Positions 63,928 to 64,000 of a stretch of 64,000 bases of DNA are shown in pieces (position 1 is the first letter of the stretch; every line of letters begins with the position of its first letter). The position numbers and the translations under genes were made by a program. The notes beneath the pieces were generated by a model, which was not told where the DNA came from, did not search any database, and worked only from the letters and a program-made list of their open reading frames with translations. The stretch comes from Sphaerodactylus townsendi. Its lineage: Eukaryota. The stretch covers positions 30,690,001 to 30,754,000 of the forward strand of contig NC_059426.1 in assembly GCF_021028975.2 (NCBI RefSeq). The letters run 5' to 3'.

Positions 63928-64000
63928 CTGTTTGAATTTGTAAAAGGCCTTTAAATCATGTTTGATGCTATTCAGTATTATTTTCATAAATAAATGCTAG

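Overview
Vertebrate genomic DNA, most likely a squamate (probably a gecko, inferred from the repeat landscape). It carries the conserved KLHL23-SSB-METTL5-UBR3 block (syntenic with human 2q31.1). Genes: UBR3 coding exons 1-5 (minus; continues off the left edge), complete METTL5 (plus, 7 coding exons, 218 aa), complete SSB/La (minus, 11 coding exons, 405 aa; tail-to-tail with METTL5, stop codons 48 bp apart) and the last two KLHL23 exons (minus). All these exon boundaries were read by hand and are GT-AG with consistent phase. The unexpected element is a ZMYM1/THAP12-like hAT transposase locus (about 52.5-55.8 kb) between SSB and KLHL23, lying head-to-head with the SSB CpG island. It has a plausible spliced 5' structure, one in-frame TGA and a degenerate TRW motif. 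It also has a 451-bp insertion that contains a near-perfect palindrome with 113-bp arms and is flanked by 14-bp direct repeats mimicking splice sites. Other oddities: a templated copy of part of SSB exon 4 inside SSB intron 1, Penelope-like fragments with degenerate hammerhead-ribozyme cores, a SPIN MITE, and many hAT/Harbinger MITEs, some carrying CTCF or ZNF143 motifs. There is a 229-N assembly gap at 12564-12792. Family names come from recognition, not from database searches.
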